Source: Pseudomonadota bacterium
Lineage (GTDB): Bacteria > Pseudomonadota > Gammaproteobacteria > JBCCGL01
Length of the DNA: 64,000 nucleotides
Direction of reading: 5' to 3'
Assembly (NCBI GenBank): GCA_039029275.1
Contig: JBCCGL010000014.1
Span: forward strand, 49,961-113,960
Both the position numbers and the translations under genes were made by a program. Every line of letters begins with the position of its first letter. The stretch's first letter is position 1. Under the pieces are notes generated by a model. It was not told the DNA's origin. It worked only from the letters and a program-made list of their open reading frames with translations, and did no database searches. Shown here in pieces: positions 1 through 9,142 of the stretch.

Positions 1-188
1 ATTTACGCAATTGTAAACTACGCGTTCTGGCCCGCTTTCGACGCGCAACAACTGCCGCGCAAACGTTTTTCGTGTACCCATTGGTGAGCACACCTTGCAT
101 ATTCGCAGGACCGCGATAAATACTACTTGATGAAAAGGTTCCCGAGTTTGGGGGAATCCAAATACTGGCTATTTTCGTAAGTTCGATC

Positions 189-734
189 ATGTCTAACGCT
201 CCGTCACCCGTCGATCAATTTATGTATTGGCAGTGCCGCATCCGACAGGACTCGGTGCGCACCGGCGGTGGCCGCCCGACTGCTGGTATGCAACCGGCCG
301 TTTTCCTCAACTCGGGCGGGGAAGCCATTGGCCGAATCAACACGCTGATTGTGAAATCCGATAGCACGGGTTACATCACTCACTTCAGACACATCGTCAA
401 AAAGACGCAGGATCCTTCAGCGCGGTTAAAGTCCGCGTTACAAGTGCTATCTGAAGCGTACTATCAGCAATCAAAAGGGTTTTCGACCGAGTTGCTGGCG
501 TTATTCTCGGTTGATTCCAACCTGGCCAACACGATTGTCAACGCTGGAGAGTGCGTGCTCGATTTTCAGCAAGATGCGCATCATCATCGCTTGCGCTGCC
601 AGGCCCGTGAACTCGAAGAAAACGAAGACGGTCATCAGGCAATCTACTGGCACAACCACATGTTTAATCCGCGCATGCCCGGTCGCGTGCGTGTCCTCGG
701 GTTTCAGCCGAAAAACTCGCCGGCATCCGAATAA
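189..734 (+). CDS. conserved hypothetical protein (possible FMN-binding split-barrel-like fold)
   Basis: 181-aa ORF with protein-like composition (WQCRIRQ..GGRP and YWHNHMFNP segments); fold is inference. Confidence 0.6.
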   Translation: MSNAPSPVDQFMYWQCRIRQDSVRTGGGRPTAGMQPAVFLNSGGEAIGRINTLIVKSDSTGYITHFRHIVKKTQDPSARLKSALQVLSEAYYQQSKGFSTELLALFSVDSNLANTIVNAGECVLDFQQDAHHHRLRCQARELEENEDGHQAIYWHNHMFNPRMPGRVRVLGFQPKNSPASE

Positions 735-901
735 CTTAACCCCCAAAATCTCCGCTTCCAGCCCGTTCGTCCCTCTCTTTAGAATTCCACGATTTGGACG
801 CTACCCAATTTGAGTGACTGCAGTTTGACCGGTGAATTTTGAACCGGACTGTTATCCAGTCCGTTCAATTCGCGTCGCAAAACCAAAATCGGGATCCATA
901 G

Positions 902-2110
902 TTGGCACATCAGGATAAAGATCTCTCAGATTCACTGGCCAGAAGCGAAGCTCGATTTCGAGCTTTCGCCGAGTGTGCGTCCGACTGGTTTTGGGAGATG
1001 GATGCACACCTTCGCTTTATCTGGTTTTCTGATCGGTTTCAGGAAATCACGGGCGTGGATCCTCAGCAATTGTTGGGCAAGACCCGTGAAGAGACGGGAA
1101 TTCCTGATGTCGACCCCGCCGAGTGGAGCGAACACCTGCGTTGCCTGCATGCACACGAAGCGTTCAACAGTTTTGTTCACCCGCGACGACAAGCAAATGG
1201 TGAACAAGTCTGGCTCTCGATTAGCGGGCGGCCCCACTTTGATTCTGAGGGGCGTTTTGTCGGTTATCACGGTGTCGGGCGTGACATCACGCAACAACGC
1301 TTGTACGAAGAGGGCTTGAAGCATCAGCGTAGAAAACTCGAAATGGAAGTTCGGCGACGAACAGTGGACCTTGAGAATGCAATGCAAAAGGCTGAAAAAG
1401 CGAATCTCGCGAAGTCCGAATTCCTGGCCAATATTTCGCACGAGTTAAGAACGCCAATGCATGGCATTACCAGTTTCGCCAAACTTGGTATCAAAAAATC
1501 GACCTCCGGGGATCCGCAAAAAATGGGCGGATACTTCCAGAGAATCGAAACCAGCGCCGACCGACTAATGGCCCTCCTTAACGATCTTCTGGATCTATCC
1601 AAGCTTGAGGCCGGTCATTTTGAAATGAATCTGGAATGCACATGCTTGCATCAGTTGTTGCACAGCGTTATCGACGAGCTATCCGCGCGCTTGCAGGAGT
1701 CGAGGATTACGATTTCGGTGAGCAACTTGATACCCCAAACCGACACTGTGATTGACAAGGCCAAGATGGCGCAAGTCATTCGAAATTTACTGGTGAACGC
1801 GTTCAAATTTTCAAAAGAGGGTTCGCACATAGAATGCGAAATCTCGGGCTCTCACGATTCGCATATTGAATTAACGATTCATGATCAGGGAGTCGGCATT
1901 CCAGAAGACGAATTGAATCAAATCTTTGACAAATTCGTGCAAAGTTCCAAAACGAAGACCGGTGCCGGCGGAACTGGGTTAGGTCTCGCGATCTGCAAGG
2001 AAATAGTCGAAATGCACGGAGGGACGATTAGCGCGAAAAACAACGAACGTGGTGGAGCGAGCTTTACTGTTTCAGTGCCTAAATCTCACTCAAATTCGCA
2101 AGTGGCATAA
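902..2110 (+). CDS. cytoplasmic PAS-domain sensor histidine kinase
   Basis: PAS (ASDWFWEMD...GRDIT), H-box FLANISHELRTP, N-box NLLVNAFKF, G-boxes DQGVGIP and GGTGLGLAI; no TM segment. Confidence 0.92.
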   Translation: MAHQDKDLSDSLARSEARFRAFAECASDWFWEMDAHLRFIWFSDRFQEITGVDPQQLLGKTREETGIPDVDPAEWSEHLRCLHAHEAFNSFVHPRRQANGEQVWLSISGRPHFDSEGRFVGYHGVGRDITQQRLYEEGLKHQRRKLEMEVRRRTVDLENAMQKAEKANLAKSEFLANISHELRTPMHGITSFAKLGIKKSTSGDPQKMGGYFQRIETSADRLMALLNDLLDLSKLEAGHFEMNLECTCLHQLLHSVIDELSARLQESRITISVSNLIPQTDTVIDKAKMAQVIRNLLVNAFKFSKEGSHIECEISGSHDSHIELTIHDQGVGIPEDELNQIFDKFVQSSKTKTGAGGTGLGLAICKEIVEMHGGTISAKNNERGGASFTVSVPKSHSNSQVA

Positions 2111-2234
2111 GTCTCGCACAACTGTGTTCGGTCACCTCAACACCAAACTCAATTGGCGTGAAACCCGCTCGTCAAGTCCTAAAGGTTGATCGTGTTTTTG
2201 CAATACGAAAAAACTACAAAAACAGGATAGAGCG

Positions 2235-5200
2235 TTAATCACCTACCGCTTTTGCAGCCGGGATGTCGGGGTTGCTGTCGTCTTCGTTTTTGTCGAGCAC
2301 CGACCGCAGCGCCTCGCACACGATTACGAAGTCGCGTTGTAATTTATCCAGGTAAATTCCTGCCGCTGATAAGTCATTATCGGCCGCGCTTGATTCTACC
2401 AAGGCACATATTTTAGAAAAATCTGTTGCGCCCAAGGTCGCACTGCTCGACTTAAGTGAATGCGCGGCGAGGTGCACTGGCTTATTGTCGCCCCCCTTGA
2501 TTCCGTTGCAGATATCCTGGACGTAGCTCGGTGATTTTTCCAAATACAATTCTGTAAGGCGGTTAAACATACTGGGTTTGCCCGGCTTTTTGCGCGCGCG
2601 CAATGCGTTGACTATGTCTAACTCCAGTACACCATCATCAAACGTGTCGGAGTGTTGCACAACTACATTAGGTGAGGTTCGATTGAACCTTTGTCGATCG
2701 GTATATTTTTTGTCATCGCTTATCCATCGGTCCAGCATGTTGCAGAGGCTTTTTTCCGTAAAAGGCTTTGCCAGATAGTCGTCCATACCGGCTTCTATAC
2801 AACGCTGCTCGTCTCCTTCGAGTGCATTTGCAGTCAGTGCGGCGATGGGAGTTCGCATTTTTTTGGTTTCTGATTCCATTTGGCGAATTTCCTGCGTGGC
2901 GGTAAATCCGTCCATCAACGGCATCTGACAGTCCATCAAAATTAAGTCATATTGGGTGGCCTCCCACGCGGCTACCGCTTCGTTTCCATTGCTGGCATGA
3001 TCGAATGTAAGACCGATCGCTTTGAGTAGCTCGCCCGCAAATTCGGCATTTACCTCGTTGTCCTCTGCCAGAAGAACATGGCCGTTAAACTGTCGGTAAA
3101 CCCGCTCTTCTTTTCGGTCATCTCGGGCGGACGAATTGCCCAAATCGAGCGACGACCGTACGACGGTGTATAAATCTGATTGCCGGATTGGTTTGTTTTG
3201 GTGAAATCGAATCCCAACTTCTGCGTATTCAGATTCACTGATTTGATCCGCAATTGAGCTCAATAAAATCCGCGGCACATTATCCAGATTCGACAAGCGT
3301 TTTAGTGCGCGCGATAGTTGTATACCGTTCATTTCCGGCATGTGCATATCTAATACGATAACATCGACATCGGTTAGCATTGCCTGTCGATCAGTGAAAT
3401 GTTTTATCGCTTTTTTAGGGTGATTGAACAATGTAACCGCGGCGCCCTTGGACTCGAGTTGCGATTGAAGTATTTCCAGGTTTGTGCTGTTGTCATCTAC
3501 CACTGCAATGTGAAGATCGGTGAGATCTATTTCATGCGTCGCATTTTCTTGCTCTTCAACTTCATCAAGCCTGGCGGTGAACCAGAAAGTTGAGCCAATA
3601 CCTTGTGTGCTTTTGGCTCCAATTTCACCTCCATGCAGCTGAGCGAGTTGTCCGGAAATTGAAAGCCCAAGCCCGGTTCCACCGTATGTTCGTGATGTAG
3701 ACGAGTCCGCTTGAGTAAAGGCTTCAAAGATAGACTTGATTTTAGTTTTGGGTATTCCAATCCCAGAGTCGCGAACTGAGAATCTCAAGGTTGCAGTGCC
3801 ATTGAGTTCTTGAGTGTTTTCCACACGTATAGCGACTTCGCCGGTGTCGGTGAATTTGATCGCGTTGCTCAAGAGGTTAATTAAAATTTGCCGCAAACGA
3901 TTACTGTCACCAACGTACAGGTCCCGCGGTAAATCGATCATGCAGCTGAGTTCAAGACCTTTCTTTTGCGCTGATTCGGCAAAAATTTCTGCAAGATCTT
4001 CAACCATTTCACGAACGTTAAAAGGCGTCAAATGGAGGTCCAACTTTCCGGCCTCGATTTTCGAAAAATCAAGAATGTCGTTTATCACCGCGAGTAACAG
4101 CTCGGCTGAACTGCGAACCAGCCCGGCAAAGCGCCGCTGTTTTGAGTTAAGTTCAGTCTTGAGTAAGAGGTCTGTCATGCCCATCACTCCATTGATCGGG
4201 GTGCGAATCTCATGACTCATATTGGCCAGAAAGTCCGATTTCGCCTGGTTAGCAGAATCCGATTTTTCCTTTGCCCGTACCAACTGGTCTTCCTGTAGCA
4301 GCGCATCGCGCATTTGCCAAAATGTGCTGCCCAGATTATCTATTTCATCGTTGACTGGAGGCGGAAGCGTGATATCAAAATTCTTCGTCCTGATTTTGTG
4401 CGTTGCCTCGACAATATGCTGCATCCGCATAACCATCGAACGACTGAATCGAAATGCGAGTGCGACGGTAGTGAACAAAGCAACAGCCCCTACAAACAAT
4501 AAGGAGGCAATCAGTTGGTTGATGCTTTCAAATGCGCTGCTTTTTTCTTCGAGTACGTGAACCATCCAGTTTGTGTCTGAGGCACCAGAGATCGAATGTA
4601 CCGGTCGCGTAGCAACAACGTAATCAGTATTGTTGATGGAAATCTCATCAAACGACGATTGCGGCGAGAGTCTCGCTTGCACATTGCCCAGTTGAGAATA
4701 AAGTATTTTGCCGCTCACACGGTCTGAGATAATCACGCTATTGGTTAAAAGATGTTCATCTCCCGGTGCGACCCATTGCTCAAGTTCTTGCGTTAAGACA
4801 CCCCAATCCATTTCTACAAGCAAGGTTCCGATTAGTGTTTTACTACTATAATGTGCAACGATAGGCTGCTGCAGTAGAACCGAATGGAGGTTTATGTCTT
4901 CCGAGTTATACACCAATTGCTGGGGATAACGTAAAGAGAGATTAACGCCGTAGCGATCGTCGCTTATTCGATCCAGTGATATGAATTCCTGTGTTGAAGA
5001 AATTAACTCACCTTCGTCATTCGTGACCGAGATCCACTTGAATTTTGGGTAATCGATAATGAGCTCGAAAAGGTGGGCTGCTATATCTTGATGTGCATCG
5101 TCAAAAAGTGTGTCCTGCATTACCGGTTGTTTTGCCCATGAAGACAAATCTGTTGCCGCAACTTCGATCTCGCGCTGCAGATTTTTCGCAAAGCGCTCAG

Positions 5201-5336
5201 CGGAAGTTTCAAGGCTCGTCGCGACCTTATCGCGAAGTGATCCCCCTGCTATGTAAATTGCAAATGTCAGGATCGCCAGTAGCGGGAGTACCGTGCACGC
5301 GACACCAAAAATGCCGAACTTTCGATTTAGGTTCAT
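2235..5336 (-). CDS. membrane hybrid sensor histidine kinase (periplasmic domain, HAMP, HisKA, HATPase, two receivers, Hpt)
   Basis: Two TM helices; [12 protein letters not shown]; [10 protein letters not shown]; GGTGLGLSI; receivers VVDDN..LDMHMP and LAEDN..MDCQMP; Hpt AHSLKSSS. Confidence 0.93.
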   Translation of the reverse strand: MNLNRKFGIFGVACTVLPLLAILTFAIYIAGGSLRDKVATSLETSAERFAKNLQREIEVAATDLSSWAKQPVMQDTLFDDAHQDIAAHLFELIIDYPKFKWISVTNDEGELISSTQEFISLDRISDDRYGVNLSLRYPQQLVYNSEDINLHSVLLQQPIVAHYSSKTLIGTLLVEMDWGVLTQELEQWVAPGDEHLLTNSVIISDRVSGKILYSQLGNVQARLSPQSSFDEISINNTDYVVATRPVHSISGASDTNWMVHVLEEKSSAFESINQLIASLLFVGAVALFTTVALAFRFSRSMVMRMQHIVEATHKIRTKNFDITLPPPVNDEIDNLGSTFWQMRDALLQEDQLVRAKEKSDSANQAKSDFLANMSHEIRTPINGVMGMTDLLLKTELNSKQRRFAGLVRSSAELLLAVINDILDFSKIEAGKLDLHLTPFNVREMVEDLAEIFAESAQKKGLELSCMIDLPRDLYVGDSNRLRQILINLLSNAIKFTDTGEVAIRVENTQELNGTATLRFSVRDSGIGIPKTKIKSIFEAFTQADSSTSRTYGGTGLGLSISGQLAQLHGGEIGAKSTQGIGSTFWFTARLDEVEEQENATHEIDLTDLHIAVVDDNSTNLEILQSQLESKGAAVTLFNHPKKAIKHFTDRQAMLTDVDVIVLDMHMPEMNGIQLSRALKRLSNLDNVPRILLSSIADQISESEYAEVGIRFHQNKPIRQSDLYTVVRSSLDLGNSSARDDRKEERVYRQFNGHVLLAEDNEVNAEFAGELLKAIGLTFDHASNGNEAVAAWEATQYDLILMDCQMPLMDGFTATQEIRQMESETKKMRTPIAALTANALEGDEQRCIEAGMDDYLAKPFTEKSLCNMLDRWISDDKKYTDRQRFNRTSPNVVVQHSDTFDDGVLELDIVNALRARKKPGKPSMFNRLTELYLEKSPSYVQDICNGIKGGDNKPVHLAAHSLKSSSATLGATDFSKICALVESSAADNDLSAAGIYLDKLQRDFVIVCEALRSVLDKNEDDSNPDIPAAKAVGD

Positions 5337-6196
5337 AGCTTTTTGTTCTTCTTGACTGGGTTCTTTTTAACGCCAATGACCGTCCAGAACGCAGATTTTT
5401 GTTGAGCGATTTCATATCGATTGTCGTGCCCATCATCAATGATGCGTTCCTGCAGGGGCGATTCGAGTAGTGTTTGGGTGCAAAGCCCTTGTTCAGACAA
5501 GACTGCTGTACGTTGCGTGCTATCCAGATCTGACCGTCGACACACATTCATCGCCGAAAGCCGGCTATCGGCAAACACGGTGCCCGCTTCATTTACAGCG
5601 ACGACATAGACACCGTCTTCGGACCTGAATTTATTAAAAAACGGGAGCTGATAGTTAACCAGTTTTTGTGACAGATAAACGACACCTCTTTTTACATTTC
5701 CAATCTTGATGGGCGTCGCGTATGTCATAACCATGCAGCGGTTCTCGCTGAAATCATGGCCGATGGAAACACTGACTGAATTAGGTTTTCGTTCGAACGC
5801 TTCGTCAAAGAAGGTGGGCGTCGCGACTGACAATGTTGTGTGATCGTCAACTTGACCATTGTTGGCGCGCGAAATCACCCCGCCCGCATTGTTAAGCGTA
5901 CCGACCGAATCCAATTTCAGCGTTAACTGAAGATTGAGAGAAAGTCGGTCAATTCGTGCTTTGGCAGCAGTCCTGGATTTGTCGTCTGCTGCGTTGAAAT
6001 AGTCCGCAAACGCTTCGTCCTGGGCGAAAGCAAGTAAACGTTTCGTCGATTTTCGCTGAATCAAATCGAGAACGGCAGACTTCTGGGAAACAAGCTCATC
6101 GAGAAGTGATGTACTTGTTGCTTTGCACACGCTTGCCACGGCAAGCAAGGAAGCCATCGCAAGCAGTTTCAACATCATTTTTGAGTAAACGCGCAT
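5333..6196 (-). CDS. secreted/periplasmic Cache-like sensor protein
   Basis: Signal peptide; YATPI..GVV and [15 protein letters not shown] segments resemble dCache domains; ATGA overlap with kinase start. Confidence 0.6.
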   Translation of the reverse strand: MRVYSKMMLKLLAMASLLAVASVCKATSTSLLDELVSQKSAVLDLIQRKSTKRLLAFAQDEAFADYFNAADDKSRTAAKARIDRLSLNLQLTLKLDSVGTLNNAGGVISRANNGQVDDHTTLSVATPTFFDEAFERKPNSVSVSIGHDFSENRCMVMTYATPIKIGNVKRGVVYLSQKLVNYQLPFFNKFRSEDGVYVVAVNEAGTVFADSRLSAMNVCRRSDLDSTQRTAVLSEQGLCTQTLLESPLQERIIDDGHDNRYEIAQQKSAFWTVIGVKKNPVKKNKKL

Positions 6197-6253
6197 ACAG
6201 CCCGAAAACCAATCCGGAACGACAACAGTGGTAGCGGCGGAGTCGCGTGAGAC

Positions 6254-7015
6254 TTAAACCACGGATCGGATGAGTTTTTTCAGATCTCTGTAGCCGTCGA
6301 GCAGGCGTAGCGAAGGGCGTCCCAAATGGGCCTCGGGGACTGGGTAGACGCGTTGATTGCGAACGGCACCGACGTTGGCAAACGCAGGGTTTTCGAGGAC
6401 GACCTCAGCGCGGTACTTCTCGGCCTTAACGCCGCACCAGGACATAACAACCAGATCAGGATTGAGTGTGGCAACTTCGGTGTCGTCCATAGGGCGGCTC
6501 TTGATGGCCTCGTCGGCAAGCACATTTTCCGCACCGCACAGCTCGAGAAGGTCGTGTGCCCAACTCATCGAACCGGGCGCAATTACGGGCTTTGGCCACC
6601 ACTGCAGGAGCACGCGCGGTCGTGTGCGATGTGTGATCGGGACCAGCTCAGCCTTGGCGTCGCCTATCAACTGCTCTGCACGTTCAGCAACGCCAAGATG
6701 CTTACCAATCAAGCGGATATCGGCAAACACATCTTCGAGCGAGCACGGCTCCGGCGCGAGGTATGGCAACCCTGCCCGTTCGAGGTTGGTAACCACGCGT
6801 TCGTGACCGGGAACGGTCAGTGATGCCAGCACCAGATCAGGCTTTAGAGCCTTGACCTTGTCGATCTCTATATCGAGATCACGACCGACACGGGGCAGCT
6901 TGGCAACGACTTCTGCCGGGTAGTCCGAGTCGCTGTCAACGCCGACTAATAAATCCGCGCAATCGAGCGCGCAGACAATTTCGGTGTTGGAGCAGGTCAG
7001 TGAGACGATGCGCAT
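6254..7015 (-). CDS. BtuF-like cobalamin/Fe-chelate binding protein (helical-backbone family)
   Basis: MRIVSL..SNTEIV.AL...LVGVD..SDYP, KPDLVLAS and RPS.RL motifs. Confidence 0.8.
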   Translation of the reverse strand: MRIVSLTCSNTEIVCALDCADLLVGVDSDSDYPAEVVAKLPRVGRDLDIEIDKVKALKPDLVLASLTVPGHERVVTNLERAGLPYLAPEPCSLEDVFADIRLIGKHLGVAERAEQLIGDAKAELVPITHRTRPRVLLQWWPKPVIAPGSMSWAHDLLELCGAENVLADEAIKSRPMDDTEVATLNPDLVVMSWCGVKAEKYRAEVVLENPAFANVGAVRNQRVYPVPEAHLGRPSLRLLDGYRDLKKLIRSVV

Positions 7016-7066
7016 TCAGGGTTCGGACAAATCGAAAAACCGAAAAAGCGTACCACTCTTGCGAAT

Positions 7067-7092
7067 TGGATTCCCGCTTTCGCGGGAATGAC
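7067..7092. repeat. REP-like extragenic palindrome (TGGATTCCCGCTTTCGCGGGAATGAC)
   Basis: ATTCCCGC-TTTC-GCGGGAAT hairpin in an intergenic gap; resembles the widespread GTCATTCCCGCGAAAGCGGGAATCCA repeat family; single copy seen. Confidence 0.75.
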
Positions 7093-7131
7093 ATAAACTT
7101 ATTAGGCTGCGGAACCGTACTTGTCAATCGG

Positions 7132-8319
7132 CTAAAAGTAATACCCCAACTCAACCTGCAACACATCGTCATCTGCTGCACCTGCGAGGACCGGATCATC
7201 ATCCGCACCGCTGATCGCGCGCACTTCGACATCGAGCTTAAAACTCTCCCCTATTCGACGGGTGGCTTCAAGACTGACCGAAGTCGCACCACCGTCCTGA
7301 TCGACAATTGCGCCTAACAGAAATTCAGTGGACTGCTCGTCGTTCCACACCCAGCGCAAACCAACGAGTACATCGTCCTGAAACGCTTGCGATTCATCGC
7401 GCTCGTCGTAGAGGTACTCGCCGATCACTCCGAGGTCGGCGTCGCTTTCGAAGATGCCGACAAACGTGTATTCGAACCCCGCGACGGCTGCTCCGTAATC
7501 ATCCTGCGCATCCGTCTCTACCGCAATCGCTTCGACCTTCCACAGCCAGTCTTCGGTTGTCGCCTGCGCGTCAATTCCGGTTTGCGCGATTTGATCGTAG
7601 TGTGGAATCAAAACCGGCTCGCCGCCGTCCAGCCCCGCAACCAGCCGCGGTTCACGCGCGGTGCCGTTAAAGTGCGAGAGTCCGATATCCCAGATATCGA
7701 AACTGTGGCTCCAGCGGATGGCGTAATCCTTGTTTTCTTCTTCGTCGCTCGACTCGAACACGGCGTTATCCGTGTCGACGCGCAGCGGCAGTGACGGACG
7801 CCCTTCCAGGCTCGCGAACTCGCGTTCACGAAACAGCGGCATATAGAAGAAATCGACCGTGCCCCATTCGTTGGTGAAGTAACTGAAGTTGATCATCGGT
7901 TGCCCGAGCTTGTCTTCGCCATCAATGTTTTCGACATTGTCGGTCTGGTTGATGATATCGACCAGATGGCGCGACTCGGTCACGCCCCAGAACACTTTGC
8001 TCACGCCGACGCGCAGTTCGAATACATCGCCATAGAACAACCACGCGGCTTCGCGCAGGTCGGCGTGGGTACGCTCGTCGTCGTTTTCGTCGAGGCGCAA
8101 AAAAGGCGTAACAACCAGATTGTGCGCGTCGTGCTCAAACGTGTGGTAATACTCCGCCTCAAGATAACCTGAGAGATTCGCGTTGTGCTGTTCGCTGCGC
8201 GTCGTCGATTCGAAAAAGTGGCGAGACTCCAAGGCCACATTGCCGGACCAGTCGCCCGCCTGCACCGAAGTCAGCGCAGGTAGGACGAATAAAATAAAGG
8301 CTGATCGTGCTGTGCGCAT
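7132..8319 (-). CDS. putative outer-membrane beta-barrel protein
   Basis: Signal peptide from ATG 8319, alternating beta-strand pattern, C-terminal ELGYYF. Confidence 0.75.
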   Translation of the reverse strand: MRTARSAFILFVLPALTSVQAGDWSGNVALESRHFFESTTRSEQHNANLSGYLEAEYYHTFEHDAHNLVVTPFLRLDENDDERTHADLREAAWLFYGDVFELRVGVSKVFWGVTESRHLVDIINQTDNVENIDGEDKLGQPMINFSYFTNEWGTVDFFYMPLFREREFASLEGRPSLPLRVDTDNAVFESSDEEENKDYAIRWSHSFDIWDIGLSHFNGTAREPRLVAGLDGGEPVLIPHYDQIAQTGIDAQATTEDWLWKVEAIAVETDAQDDYGAAVAGFEYTFVGIFESDADLGVIGEYLYDERDESQAFQDDVLVGLRWVWNDEQSTEFLLGAIVDQDGGATSVSLEATRRIGESFKLDVEVRAISGADDDPVLAGAADDDVLQVELGYYF

Positions 8320-8326
8320 CGAATGT

Positions 8327-9142
8327 TTACTTCGCGCGTTTGAGCACATTCTTGTTAAAGTCCTTGTCGCCTAATCCAACATTAAACGTGTAATCGCTCC
8401 ACGCCAGCGTGGTGGTCTTACCGTTTTGATGATTGACCATATGCATTTCATGCGCGCGCCAGAACTGTCCAAGATACTGTTTGTAATCGCGCCATTCCAA
8501 CGTTTTCAAAAGCGAATCTTTGCGGTCATAAAATTCAGTTTTAAGTGCAATGTATTCTTCCTGATCGATCCAGGCGATCTGGCGCTTATAGCCCGAATTT
8601 TTGTACGCGGGATAGCGCTCGACCACAAATACTTTTTTGCCGTTTAATTCCTCATCGCGTAAATATTTGTAGGTGTACTTATCAACCTCCTGCGAGCTGA
8701 TGTCCTCGTACGCGAATTCAGAACCCATAAACGGGCCGGATTTGTTCTTCGACGAAATGCGCTTAACGCGCTTCAGCGCCGGTAAATAAATCCACTGCTC
8801 ATCCGGCTCCAGGCTGTGCGAGTAGGTTAAAAACGCGGTGCCTTTGACGTCGGCGGGTTTGTCAAAAATCGACATGCTCTTGTCGCCGTCTCCGTCAATC
8901 TCCAGCGTTTTCACGCGCACCTCGCGCGTCGAGGTGTCGCCCTTGCGATTTTTGAGCGTCATGGTCATTGCCGCTTCGCTGTCGCCGAAGCCGGTGTCGC
9001 GGCGATCGGCCTCAACCGCGATTTCCATGCCTTTTTCTTCAGGTGTTTGCGCATGGGCGATTCCTGCTGCTGCAGTTGCGATTAATAGTGCGCCGCCAAG
9101 TGCGTGAACTGTGGTGGCGCGTGCGATATTCAAAAATTTCAT
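8327..9142 (-). CDS. outer membrane lipoprotein-sorting (LolA-like) protein
   Basis: Signal peptide; PADVKGTAFL, QWIYLPALKRVKRI and FMGSEFAYED motifs. Confidence 0.85.
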   Translation of the reverse strand: MKFLNIARATTVHALGGALLIATAAAGIAHAQTPEEKGMEIAVEADRRDTGFGDSEAAMTMTLKNRKGDTSTREVRVKTLEIDGDGDKSMSIFDKPADVKGTAFLTYSHSLEPDEQWIYLPALKRVKRISSKNKSGPFMGSEFAYEDISSQEVDKYTYKYLRDEELNGKKVFVVERYPAYKNSGYKRQIAWIDQEEYIALKTEFYDRKDSLLKTLEWRDYKQYLGQFWRAHEMHMVNHQNGKTTTLAWSDYTFNVGLGDKDFNKNVLKRAK

